A stretch of 64,000 bases of DNA. Origin: Squalus acanthias (taxonomy: Eukaryota). The stretch spans positions 106,332,001 to 106,396,000 of the forward strand of contig CM059432.1 of the NCBI GenBank assembly GCA_030390025.1, in the 5' to 3' direction. Position 1 is the stretch's first letter. Each line of letters starts with the position of its first letter. The position numbers and the translations under genes are program-made. The notes beneath the pieces were generated by a model. The model saw only the letters and a list, made by a program, of their open reading frames with translations, did no database searches and had not been told where the DNA came from. This document shows positions 49,730 to 61,479 of the stretch, piece by piece.

Positions 49730-50924
49730 TGATGCGGAGATGCCGGTGTTGGACTGGGGTGGACAAAAGTGAGAAGTCGCACAACACCAGGTTATAGTCC
49801 AACAGTTTTATTTGAAATCACAAGCTTTCGGAGCGGCTGCTCCTTCGTCAGGTGAAGTGAAGAAATACAAATGAGCACAGCATATATAGACGGAGATCAA
49901 TGCCTGTGCAGAAAACAATGTCAGACGACTACATTTAATCTTTCTGACTGCCCTTTATCACACCTTGGCAGAGAGACAATCACGGCAATCAAATCCAACC
50001 AGGAAGACATTACATCAAAGACGATAGCAAAATACAACAAAGTCAATGAGATGGGGTCACAGGGGGTCTAATGTGGCAGAGGCTGCAGTCTGTATGGAAA
50101 ACCAAAAACTTTAAACTTTTTACTTTTTTTACTGGAAATCACATCTGTGAACAAGCCAACGACGACTCGAGTCTGGATGACTCTACGTCAGGTGGGGTTA
50201 CATGTAGCGTGACATGAAACCAAGATCCCGGTTGAGGCCGTCCTCATGGGTGCGGAACTTGGCTATCAGGTTCTGCTCGATGATTTTGCGTTGTCGTGTG
50301 TCTCGAAGGCCGCCTTGGAGAACGCTAACCCGCAGATCCGAGGCTGAATGTCCTTGACTGCTGAAGTGTTCCCCGACTGGGAGGTAACACTCCTGCCTGG
50401 CGATTGTTGCGCGGTGTCCGTTCATACGGTGACATTCAGCCTCCGATCTTTGGGTAAGCGTTCTCCAAGGCGGCCTTCGAGACACACGACAACGCAAAAT
50501 CATCGAGCAGAAACTGATAGCCAAGTTCCGCACCCATGAGGATGGCCTCAACCGGGATCTTGGGTTCATGTCACGCTACATGTAACCCCACCTGACGTAG
50601 AGTCATCCAGACTCGAGTCGTCGTTGGCTTGTTCACAGATGTGATTTCCAGTAAAAAAAAGTAAAAAGTTTAAAGTTTTTGGTTTTCCATACAGACTGCA
50701 GCCTCTGCCACATTAGACCCCCTGTGACCCCACCTTATTGTCTTTGTTGTATTTTGCTATCGTCTTTGATGTAATGTCTTCCTGGTTGGATTTGATTGCC
50801 GTGATTGTCTCTCTGCCGAGGTGTGATAAAGGGCAGTCAGAAAGATTAAATGTAGTCGTCCGACATTGTTCTCTGCACAGGCATTGATCTCTGTCTATAT
50901 ATGCTGTGCTCATTTGTATTTCTT
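49730..50924 (-). mobile_element. Penelope-like element 3' portion with an inverted duplicated arm
   Basis: GIY-YIG C-terminus (RMNGHRATIARQ..GLNRDLGFM). 17-bp TSD CCTTGCAACAAAG(G/A)CCA at 49713-49729 and 50925-50941. Arms 49860-50352 and 50431-50924. Confidence 0.9.
49818..49855 (-). ncRNA. Minimal type-I hammerhead ribozyme motif
   Basis: UCAC CUGACGA A GGAGC AGCC GCUCC GAAA GC UU GUGA: perfect stem II, stem I UCAC/GUGA, palindromic stem III. Confidence 0.75.
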
Positions 50925-52639
50925 CCTTGCAACAAAGACCAACATGCCATTTGCTTTAGGTGTACGAGGACTCTGAACACCAACATTTAATAGTTTCTCA
51001 TCATTTAAAAAATATCCTGTTTTTCTATTCTTCCTACCAAAGTGAATAACCTCATATTTCCCCTCATTATACGCCATCTGCCACCTTATTGCCCACTCAC
51101 TTAACCTGTCTATATCTCTTTGCAGGCTCTTTGTGTCCTCCTCACAGCTTACTTTCCCACCTAGCTTTATATTGTCAGAAAACTTGGATACGTTGCACTC
51201 AATCCCTTCATCTAAGTCATTAATATAATTGTAAATAGCTGAGACCCAAGCACTGATCCTTGCGGCACCCCACTAGTTACAGCCTGCCAACCAGAAAATG
51301 ACCCATTTATCCCTACTCTCGGTTTTCTGTCCGTTAACCAATCCTCTATCCATGCTAATATATTACCCCCAATCCCATGAGCCTTATCGAATGTCTTTTG
51401 GAAATCCAAATATACTGCATCCACTGGTTCCCCTCTATCTGCTCTGCTAGTTACATCCTCAAAAAACTCTAATAAATTTGTTAAACACGATTTCCCTTTC
51501 ATAAAACCATGATGACTGTGCCTAATCATATTATGATTTTCTAAGTGACCTGTTACCATTTCCTTAATAATGGATTCCAGCATTTTCCCGACGACTGATG
51601 TCAGGCTAACTGGCCTGTAGTTCCCGGTTTTCTCCCTCCCTCCTTTCTTGAATAGCGGGGTTACATTTGCTACCTACCAATCTGCTGGGACCGTTCTTTC
51701 AAAAGCCTAGGATGTTGGCCCCAGGTGCAGGGCATTTGTCGGCTTTTAGTCCCATTAGTTTCTCAAGTACTTTTTCTGTACTGATCTTAATTACTTTAAG
51801 TTCCTCAGTCTCATTAGCCCCTTGGTTCCGCACTATATTTAGTATGCCTTTTGTGTCTTCTACTGTGAAGACAGATACAAAATATTTGTTTAAAGTCTCT
51901 GCCATTTCCTTACTCCCAATTATAATTTCTCCAGACTTAGCCTCTAAGGGACCAACACTTACTTTTGCTACTCTCTTCCTTTTTACATACTTGTAGAAGC
52001 TCTTATAATCTGTTTTGATATTTATTACTAGTTTACTCTAATTCTATTTTCTCCCTTTTTATCAATTTTTTGGTCATCCTTTGTTGGTTTCTAAAGCTCT
52101 CCCAACCCTCAGACTTAGTACTATTCTTTGCAACATTATAAGCCTCTTCTTTTAATCTAATACTATCCCTAACTTCTTTTGTAAGCCACGGAGCGATCAC
52201 TTTTCTTGTGGAGTTTTTATTTCTCAATGGAATGTATATTGAGAATTTTGGAATATTTCTTTAAATGTTTTCCACTGCTTACCTATCGATATTACTATTC
52301 CACTCATTATTTTTAGTTTAAAATATCCTTGAAACAAACATATTAATCTTTATTTTCCTAATTATTTTAATTAGCTTTGTCTGTTTGCATAACAGTAATC
52401 TATATCTAGAGACCATTATAACTTTTAATGTTAGAGGGGCTCACCTCCTGATACCCCAAAGCTTTTCCACTACCTACAGGATACAAGTCAGGATTATGTA
52501 GGAATCTCTCCCCTTGCCTCGATGGTTGCAGCTGCAACAACACTCAAGAAACTCAACACCACCCGGGACAAAGTAGACCTTATGTTTAGTACTTCATCCA
52601 CTAGCTAAACATCCATGCCCTCCATCACCTTATACCAAG

Positions 52640-53695
52640 GCTATTTGAATGTTGGCCTTTATCTCTAGGGGGCTGCAATACAAAGGAGTAGAAGTTATGA
52701 TCGTTATATAAAGCTCTAGTTAGACCCCATCAGGAGTACAGTGTTCAGTTCTGGGCACCGCACCTCAGGAAGGATATATTGTCTTGGAGAGGGTGCAGTG
52801 CAGATTCACCAGAATGATACAACAACAACTAGCATTTATATAGTGCCTTTTAACGTCGTGCTTTGGAATAGTCAAGTCTAGAGGTAACAAAGGCATGGAT
52901 GAGGGTTTCAGCAGCAGATGAGCTGAGACAGGGGCGGAGTCCAGTGATGTTATGGAGGTGGAAGTGATGGCACGAGTATATGGTCGGAAGCTCACCTTGG
53001 GGTCAAATACGACACCACGATTGCGAACAGTCCGATTCAGCCTCAGACAGTTGCTAGGGAGAAGGGTGGAGTCGATGGCTAGGGAATGGAGTTTATGGCG
53101 AGGACCGAAGACAATGGCTTCGGTCTTCTCAATATTTAGTTGGAGGAAATTTCTGCTCATCCAGTACTGGATGTTGGACAAGCAGTGTGACAATTTAGGG
53201 ACCGTGGAAGAGTCGAGAGAGGTTAAAAGGGTTAAATTATGAGGACAGGTTGCATAGACTAAGCTTACATTTCCTTGAGTATAGAAGATTAAGGGGTGAT
53301 CGAATTGAGGGGCTTAAGATGATTAAAGGATAATATAGAGTAGATAGAGAGAAACTATTTCCTCTGGTGGGAGAGTCCAGAACAAGGGGGCATAACCTTA
53401 AAATTAGAGCTAGGCAGTTCAAGGGTGATGTCAGGAAGCACTTCTTTACACAAAGGGTAGTGGAAATCTGGAACCATTCCCACCCCACTGCCCCCCAAAA
53501 TGCTGTTGAGGCTAGGTCAATTGAAAATTTAAAAACGGAGATTGATAGGTTTTTGTTAGGCACGGGTATTAAGCACTACAGAACCAAGGTGGGCAGATGG
53601 AATTAAGATGCAGATTAATTATGATCTAATTGAATGGCAGAACAGGCTCGAGGGGCTGAATGGCCTACTCCTGTTCCTATATTTCCATGTTCCTA
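52640..53695 (+). mobile_element. CR1 3' fragment interrupted by a minus-strand L2 fragment (~52822-53220)
   Basis: CR1 ESRTRGHNLKI..FFTQRVV plus tail; L2 WMSRNFLQLNIEKTE. Confidence 0.75.
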
Positions 53696-54620
53696 GCAGT
53701 GCCATGTAGAGTGTTCTTGATATTAAACATACTGTCAGGGTTAGGGTGAAGATGGCATGGCGGGGGGTGCGGAGGGGAAGGGGACAGGGAAAAGGGAGAA
53801 TTTACTCTGGGTTTCTCTTGCATATAGAGTGAGAATCTGGCCTCTTATTCTGAATGCGACCATTACAGCTAATTAATATCACTTGTTACCCTGCATTTAG
53901 TTGCAATTTCATGATTAGTCTCTTAAAATTAGTAAAATTGAGGACTTTTATTAATCAGTGTTGTAGGTGCAGTTGTTTAAATGAAACAATCTGAGCAAAA
54001 CAATCACTACCATTTAACTTTGGGCTGGTAGAAGGTCACAAGTTCTGAAAGGAAAATTAATGACAGCTCAGCAATGATCATTGAGATCAACAGTGAAGCG
54101 ATCACCATTTCCACAATGCAATGAAGAGGATACCATTGAGTGAGCCAGGAATACGCCCTGCTGTTCTTTGTACATTTAACTGTTAACTCTTCCAATACCA
54201 GAGGAGACTTTACTGATCAATTAAAATAGAAATTTGAGTCACTGGCATTGGAAGAGTTTAAACAGTATCCTTTCCAACTATGACATGCTAGGAGAAATCA
54301 GTATTATCTGTTTTTAACTTTCAAGATTCGCCCTGTGATTTAAAAAGAAAGAGAATATCATCAAATACATCTATAAAATACACACGCACTTATCAACAAT
54401 CAATTAGACATCGACAAGTTCCACACTGCCCAATTAAAACCAAGAACAACTGATGCCGGACAAGGCATTTTTTTACAATATGAACCGAAGCACAGCCTTG
54501 AAATTCTGTGCCAAATTCCATGGATGCGCCAGAGCCAAAAACAAATCATCTTTCACCAACAGTAAAATTGGTTTCAGCCATTATCACCAATGGTTTATTT
54601 GCACAGTAACTGTCACTCAC

Positions 54621-54759
54621 CTTGGTTCAAGAAGTTCCAGTTCTTGTAAACAAATATTTAGAGGAATCTTACTGAAAGACCAAGACTCTGAATCGACCAA
54701 CTGGGTCACATGGCTCAGGAGCTTCATTTCATAATCAAATTCCAGAATTCTCCAGTACC
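54621..54759 (-). CDS. DSCC1: DSCC1 exon 5: (G)YWRILEFDYEMKLLSHVTQLVDSESWSFSKIPLNICLQELELLEP(R)
   Basis: 139 nt, AG/GT boundaries, near-identical to human YWRILEFDYEMKLLNHVTQLVDSESWSF. Confidence 0.96.
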
Positions 54760-55986
54760 CTAAATTAGGGAAGGAAGGAAAGGGGAAGTATAAAAACAGA
54801 TGATTCCTCAGTGAAGACATAAGTGTACAGCTTGCTATTTTAGTCACAAACTTGTGACTGATATTCTGGCTTGCTAGCAGTAACAGACACCATTCTATTC
54901 AGATTTCAACAAAATGAGGCAAGCTTAACTCACCAATGAAACGTATACCCGGAGGTGCTACAACAGTGATGAACATCTGCATACAGAATCACATAAACCA
55001 GAGAGCTCAGACGTCAAACAAAAACAGCAAAGTTCAAGCAGTTAATCAAGGTAATCTCAGTATCCCGATCTTGCGGTCCCTTACATTACTCTTAAATAGA
55101 TTATTTTATGTAAAATATATTGTTTCAAGATGAAATCGGTCATAACCTTACAGAAGGTATTATGGCCAACAAGCAGATAGTGGGTCCATGAGGTACCAAG
55201 ACGTTCTAACAATCTTCGGCAATGTAATCACTTGACTGACGGAAGGGTCATATACCAGGATTTGTTTATGCATTGAACATAATTATTCCCTGTATAGAAT
55301 TATTGTCAGTTGAATGTCACACACTGTGACCAAACAACTGAAGGTTAATGTTTCTGTTAGGCAGGATTAAAGGCTTCAACATTCATCACGGAATATACAG
55401 TACTACAGGGAGAATCAGATGACCACAAACCATGATTACAAAGCTCAGTTTATCAACATCATCTGATCTCTGAGATGCATTATGCTGAGTTTTTGTTTCC
55501 CAGTTTGATCCCCTAATCAGTCCTGTCTAAAAGTTAGCAACTCATACTTGGGTACAGTTCCAAAAACAAGAGCAGCTTTCCAGCCACTCACCCAAGTGAG
55601 CATTCTTCATATACAAGCCTAGTGAACATTGGCTGGTTATTCTACTGTGGGGCGTTGGAACAACACTGCCAATTCTCTTCTCATCCAACATCCACACACA
55701 TGCACTTCCCAGCAGGAATCACTGAATAGTGACCAGAAGAGGCGTCCTTGGCTAACTTCTCCCCTAGCACCCACACTGTTGGCCCAGCTGAGATTTCCTA
55801 ACCTCGACAGACAACAGATTGAATCTGGGACCTTTGCAGTCTCGATGGTTCAGTAATACACCATGCAGTGCAATTATCAACTGAGTCATCAGTGCTGCTC
55901 TTGATACACAGGTCTTCAGCAGCATAGCTAGGACGTTGTCAAGGCCCATAGCCTTTGCTGTGACCAGCACACTCAGCTGCTGCTTA

Positions 55987-56360
55987 ATAGAGTCATAGAG
56001 TTATACAGCACAGAAAGAGGCCCTTCGGCCCATCGTGTCCGCGCCGGCCATCAAGCCCTGTTTATTCTAATCCCATTTTCCAGCACTTGGTCCGTAGCCT
56101 TGTATGCTATGGTGTTTCAAGTGCTCATCTAAATGCTTCTTGAATGTTGTGAGGGTTCCTGCCTCTACCACCCTTTCAGGCAGTGAGTTCCAGATTCCAA
56201 CCACCCTCTGGGTGAAAAAGTTCTTCCTCAAATCCCCTCTAAACCTCCTGCCCCTTACCTTGAAACTATGCCCCCTGATTATTGACCCCTCTACTAAGGG
56301 GAAAAGTTCCTTTCTATCTACCCTCTCTATGCCCCTCATAATTTTGTACACCTCAATCAT
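55987..56360 (-). mobile_element. CR1 3' end
   Basis: IEVYKIMRG..FFTQRVV..WNSLP with CR1 3' UTR. Confidence 0.85.
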
Positions 56361-56452
56361 GTGGACTGAAATGAATTGGCTGGACAATGGAAACTATGAT
56401 GATGTGAACCTGGGACCTACTGGTGTCGACAGCTTAGCACTATACTGTGTTT

Positions 56453-57431
56453 CTGAGGCATACAGCAGGGCGGGTATCACTGCTGCTCTGTAGACCATGA
56501 GCTTAGTGCTGGATTTGAAGTCCTGGTCTTCAAACACTCTTCCTCGGGCGACCGAAGGCTGCACTGGCACACTGAAGGCGGTGTTGGACTTCGTCATTGA
56601 CGTCTGCCCTTGTAGGTTCCCGAGGTATGGAAAGTGGTGCACGTTGTCCAAGGCCTTGTCGTGGGTTTTGATAATCGGGGGGCAGTACTGTGTGGCGGGG
56701 GCAGGTTGGTAGAGGACCTTTGTCTTGCGGATGTTTCGTGTAAGGCCCATGCTCTTGTACGCTTCGGTGAAGGTGTTGACGATGGTTTGGAGTTTGACCT
56801 CCGAGTGAGCGCAGACACAAGCTCACTCAGAGACATGGACCATGTACAGCAGGCACCTCAAAGCACTGGAGAGGTACCACCAACGCTGCCTCCGCAAGAT
56901 CCTGCAAATCCATTGGCAGGATAGGTGCACCAACGTCAGTGTTCTCGCTCAGGCCAACATCCCCAGCATCGAAGCTTTGACCACGCTCGATCAGCTCCGA
57001 TGGACGGGTCACATCGTCCGCATGCCCGATACAAGACTCCCAAAACAAGCGCTCTACTCGGAGCTCCGACACGGCGAGAGAGCCCCAGGTGGGCAGAGGA
57101 AACGCTTCAAGGACACCCTCAAAGCCTCCTTGAAAAAGTGCAACATCCCCACTGACACCTGGGAATCCCTGGCCCAAGACCGCACAAAGTGGAGGAGAAG
57201 CATCTGGGAAGGCGCCAAACACCTCGAGTCTCTTCGCCAGGAGCAAGCGGAAGCCAAGCGCAAGCAGCGCACGTCAACCCAAGCACCCCACCCACCCGCC
57301 CCTTCAACCACCGTCTGCCCCACCTGTGACAGAGACTGTAGGTCCCACATTGGACATATCAGTCACCTGAGAACTCATTTTTAATGTGAAAGCAAGTCAT
57401 CCTCGGTTCCGAGGGACTGCCGAAGAAGAAA
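56453..57431 (+). mobile_element. RTE LINE 3' end with a 5' inversion
   Basis: 56453-56825 is minus-strand RTE and 56827-57431 is plus-strand RTE, highly similar to 9445-10020. 11-bp TSD ATACTGTGTTT at 56442-56452 and 57432-57442. Confidence 0.9.
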
Positions 57432-57501
57432 ATACTGTGTTTACCTATTAGGTGAGCAGAGGGCTTGGCATCTTATTTTTAAAGTGGTGATTTGGAGACA
57501 C

Positions 57502-57662
57502 CGAGGTTGAATTTCTGCAGGGGTTGCTCACACTCATCTGCCGGAAGTTCAACGCAGGAGCGCATAGATGCAGGAAAAACAGCATTTACGCCGTTTTTCA
57601 CAGCTCTATGTCGAAGTTACGGCGGATGAGCAGGAGAACCCCCCCATGGAAATTCACCCTCG
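57502..57662. mobile_element. Small MITE
   Basis: TIRs CGAGGTTGAATTTC / GAAATTCACCCTCG with one mismatch, extended by imperfect pairing. Confidence 0.6.
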
Positions 57663-57690
57663 TGTGTCACGCTCCACTCTTCCAATTTAC

Positions 57691-57781
57691 CTTCAATCCT
57701 GAATGCATGTATCAGCTGTAACTGCTGCATTATTTCCTGTTCACTGGCTTGAATACTTTCCATTAAATCCTCCTTTGTATA
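57691..57781 (-). CDS. DSCC1: DSCC1 exon 4: YTKEDLMESIQASEQEIMQQLQLIHAFRIE(G)
   Basis: 91 nt, AG/GT boundaries; human YTTEDLLDQIQASEEEIMTQLQ. Confidence 0.95.
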
Positions 57782-58309
57782 CTGCAACACAAAGAAAAGA
57801 GCAATACCAATCAAAAGACAAACATAACAGATTATAAATTTACTAAATTATGGATAAGAAAAATATTGAGGAGAGGCATGGCTCCACAGATGCAGTTTTA
57901 ATTATCTCAGGAGTTGGAGTGCTGCTGTAAAGTGGCACTGAGTGCAGCTCAAAAATCAAAGAAAGAATCATCCTATAGATCGCTCTCACTCTCTACCCTT
58001 TTGCCACCTAAAGGTTCACTAACAGAGCCTGCGAGCTGATCACCTGCCCACCCATCAAACCAATAGTGGCGTTGGTTCCAGACAGATTTTGAGCGGGGGG
58101 TGGCGGGGGGGAAGGAGGAGAGGGGCTTGGAATGAGGATTGACATCTTCCAATCTGATTATATCTCACAAGGACCCTTGATTATAATATTAAATTTATTG
58201 TAAGCACGAAAATGTGATTATTATTTTCCATGTTGTAGATAATCTTTGGCTTGTGAGGAAGTTCCAAGTTATGGAGCTTTAGCACATATGACTGAAGATC
58301 AACACGTCA

Positions 58310-58480
58310 CCCTCGATGGCTCAGCAGGTTTGTCCCTGTGAGTAGCTGGGCCACACAGTTCAGGAGGGTCCCAGGTTTAACCCATGGTCTGGGTTGAGTT
58401 AGCTGATCTCAAACTGGGCAGCACTAAGCCCGCTACAATTGGCCTCAGTATCGCTGGGTTGAGGGATGGGTAAAATCAAC
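58310..58480 (+). mobile_element. Old SINE-like repeat (related degenerate copies near 21.0, 26.5, 27.3, 30.3, 43.3, 49.0 and 55.7 kb)
   Basis: Recurring blocks GAGTTAGCTGATCTC..CTACAATTGGCCTCAG..AAATCAGCCA..CACATGAAGAATGGCCA. Confidence 0.5.
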
Positions 58481-58567
58481 AAGATATTCTAGTTAGAAAT
58501 CCAGAGTTAAAATATTATATTGTTAAATGCATTAGTCCAAAAAGTAGTAACAATACGTGGACAATAC

Positions 58568-58702
58568 CTTTGGATAATTTGAAAATCTTTCTTTCTCACT
58601 ACAAGCTCCCTCATATTGGTTTTCCATTAGAAGATTCTTTAATTTCTTCAATTTGGGTCGAGATCTTTTCAGCTCCCAGTAGCTTTTAGCAAAACCGTAA
58701 AT
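58568..58702 (-). CDS. DSCC1: DSCC1 exon 3: IYGFAKSYWELKRSRPKLKKLKNLLMENQYEGACSEKERFSNYPK
   Basis: 135 nt, AG/GT boundaries; human IFGFSNNYWELRRRRPKLKKLKKLLMENPYEG. Confidence 0.95.
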
Positions 58703-59039
58703 CTGTACAAATCAGAACATATTCAATTAAAGTAAACATTATTATAGCATTTGGAAATCTTTTATAAAGCTGGTTGGGGTTGAATTATGAAGATATGCAA
58801 TCTGTTTGGTTTGAGGGCAATTTGTACCATTTCTGAAAGTTTTTCATATTTATACGAATAACAAGGGATCCACTGACACTTTTTAAAAACACAATCTGCA
58901 CTTTTTTACCCATTTACTTGCTCAAAAATGCCTCCACAGCCAAGTATTTTGTCAAGCCGGCAGGGTGGCCCCTACGGTCTGCCTGCCTGCCTTCCACCAT
59001 ATTCCCAGGCCACAGGAACCTTCTCCTGTCAGATTTTCC

Positions 59040-59395
59040 ATGCTTCCCACCGCCTCCGCTATTCTGCTGTAACCATTTACACCTCCTCTGAACCCATCTT
59101 TTGTTTCTATACTTGTCGAATTTAAGTCTTGTACCATCATCACTTGTTATTTAATCACTCCTGCCCTCCATCCTATCAGAAATCTCTCCCTTTTGTTCTT
59201 TTCCTGCCCCTTTTCCCTGTCTCTGAACTTGCTTAAAAGCTGTTCATATCCAACATCTTCCAGTTCTGATAGAAGGTCATCGACCTGAAACATTAACTCT
59301 GTTTCTCTCTCCAAAGATGCTGCCTGACCTGCTGAGTATTTACAGCATTTTTTGTTTTTACTTCAGATTTCCAGCAGCCACAGTATTTTGCTTGT
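59040..59395 (+). mobile_element. Second Penelope-type family 3' region with a decayed hammerhead (59262-59298)
   Basis: Homologous to the reverse complement of 62289-62610; AGUU CUGAUAG A AGGUC AUC GACCU GAAA CA UU AACU. Confidence 0.65.
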
Positions 59396-59719
59396 TTCCA
59401 TTTACTCTGTCCTGTCCCTTCATAACTTTAAACACTTCTATCAAATAACCCTGTAATCTCCTCTGTTCTAATGAAATAGCCCCAATTTTTCAAGTCTTCC
59501 TTTGTATTGATATTTCCACATTCCAAGCAGCATCCTAGGGAATCTACATTGTAACTTCATGATGTCCCCAACATCCTTCCTGCAGTGTAGAGCCCTGAAC
59601 TGCACACATTACTCCAACTGTGGTCTTAGTGAGGTTTTATAGATTTACCACATATCTGGACTTTTATATTCTATACTTCTTGCCCAGTATTCCGTTAGTT
59701 TTCTTTATGGCTTAGTACT

Positions 59720-61479
59720 TTCAAAAAATATAGTTCCTGGGAAGTGGGCGTCGCTGGCAAGGCCAGCATTTACTGCCCATCCCCACTTGCCCTTGAGAAG
59801 GTGGTGGTGAACCACCATCTTGAACCGCTGCAGTCCATGTGGTGAGGGTACTCCCATAGTGCTGTGAGGGAGGGAGTTCCAGGATTTTGACCCAGCGACG
59901 ATGAAGGAACGGCGATATATTTCCAAGTCAGGATGTGTATGACTTGGAGGTGGTGGTGTTCCCATGCACCGACTGCCCTTGTCCTTCTAGGTGGTAGAGG
60001 TTGCGGGTCTGGGAGGTGCTATCGAAGAAGCCTTGACGAGTTGCTGCAGTGCATCTTATAGAAGGTACACAGTGCGCCGGTGGTGGAGGGAGTGAATGTT
60101 TAAGGTGGTGGATGGGGTGCCAATCAAGCGGGCTGCTTTGTCCTGGATGGTGTCGAGCTTCTTGAGTGTTGTTGGAGCTGCACTCATCCAGGCAAGTGGA
60201 GAGCATTACATCACACTCTTGACTTGTGCCTTGTAGATGGTGGAAAGGCTTTGGGGAGTCAGGAGGTGAGTCACTCGCCACAGAATACCCAGTCTCTGAC
60301 CTGCTCTTGTAGCCACAGTATTTGTGTGGCTGGTCTAGTTAAGTTTCTGATCAATGGTGACCCCCCCATGATGTTGATGGTGGGAGATTTGACAATGGTA
60401 ATGCCGTTGAATGTCAAGGGGCGGTGGTTAGACTCTCTCTTGTTGGAGATAGTCATTGCCTGGTACTTCTGTGGCGTGAATGTTACTTGACAATTATCAG
60501 CCCAAGCCTGAACGTTGTCCAGGTCTTGCTGCATGCGGGTATGGACTGCTTCAGTATCTCAGGAGTTGCGAATGGAACTGAACACTGTGCAATTATCAGC
60601 GCACATCCCCACTTCTGTCCTTATGATGGAGGGAAGGTCAGTGATAAAGCAGCTGAAGATGGTTGCGCCTAGGATACTGCCCTGAGGAACTCCTGCAGCG
60701 ATCTCCTGGGGCCGAGATGATTGGCCTCCAACAACCATCTTCCTTTGTGCTAACCAGCCAGTGGAGAGTATTCCCCCTGATTCCCACTGACTTCAGTTTT
60801 ACTGGGGCTCCTTGATGCCACACTCAATCAAATACTGCCTTGATGTCAAGGGCAGTCACTCTCACATCATCTCCAGAATCCAGCTCTTTTCTCCATGTTT
60901 GGACCAAGGCTGTAATGATGTCTGGAGCCGAGTGGTCATGGCGGAACCCAAACTGAGCATCGGTGAACAGGTTATTGGTGAGTAAGTGCCGCTTGATAGC
61001 ACAGTCGACAAAACCTTCCATCACTTTGCTGATGATTGAGAGTAGACAGATGGGGCAGTAATTGGCTGGATTGGATTTGTCCTGCTTTTTGTTGACAGGA
61101 CATAACTGGGCAATTTTCCACATTGTCGGATAGATGCCAGTGTTGTAGCTGTACTGGAACAGCTTGGCTAGAGGCGCGACTAGTTCTGGAGTACAAGTCT
61201 TCAGCACAACAGCCAGGATGTTGTCGGGGCCCACAGCCTTTGCTGTATCCAGTGTGTCAGCCATTTCTTGAGATCACGTGGAGTGAATCGAATTGGCGGA
61301 CGACTGGCTTCGGTGATGGTGAGGACCTCAGGAGGAGTCCAAGATGGTTCATTCACTCGGTACTTCTGGCTGAAGATGGTTGTGAACATTTCAGCCTTGT
61401 CTTTTGCACTTGCGTGCTGGGCTCCTCCACCATTGAGGATGGGGATGTTCATGGAGCCTCCTCCGCCTATTAGTTGTTT
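59720..61479 (-). mobile_element. LINE family B, 3' half (continues at 63091-64000)
   Basis: NYCPICLLSIISKVMEG, ALDIKAVFD and DLDNVQAWAD motifs. Confidence 0.88.

Larger units (their letters stand above)
49085..52275 (-). mobile_element. CR1 LINE, degenerate, interrupted by a Penelope insertion
   Basis: RT fragments (GKSCLTNLLEFF, GVPQGSVLG, LEYCAQLWSP) and TTCTTATG tail. Confidence 0.88.

Noticed and set aside
49182..49802. 206-aa ORF as a novel fusion protein
   Set aside because: Chance in-frame join of the Penelope tail to a CR1 RT C-terminus.
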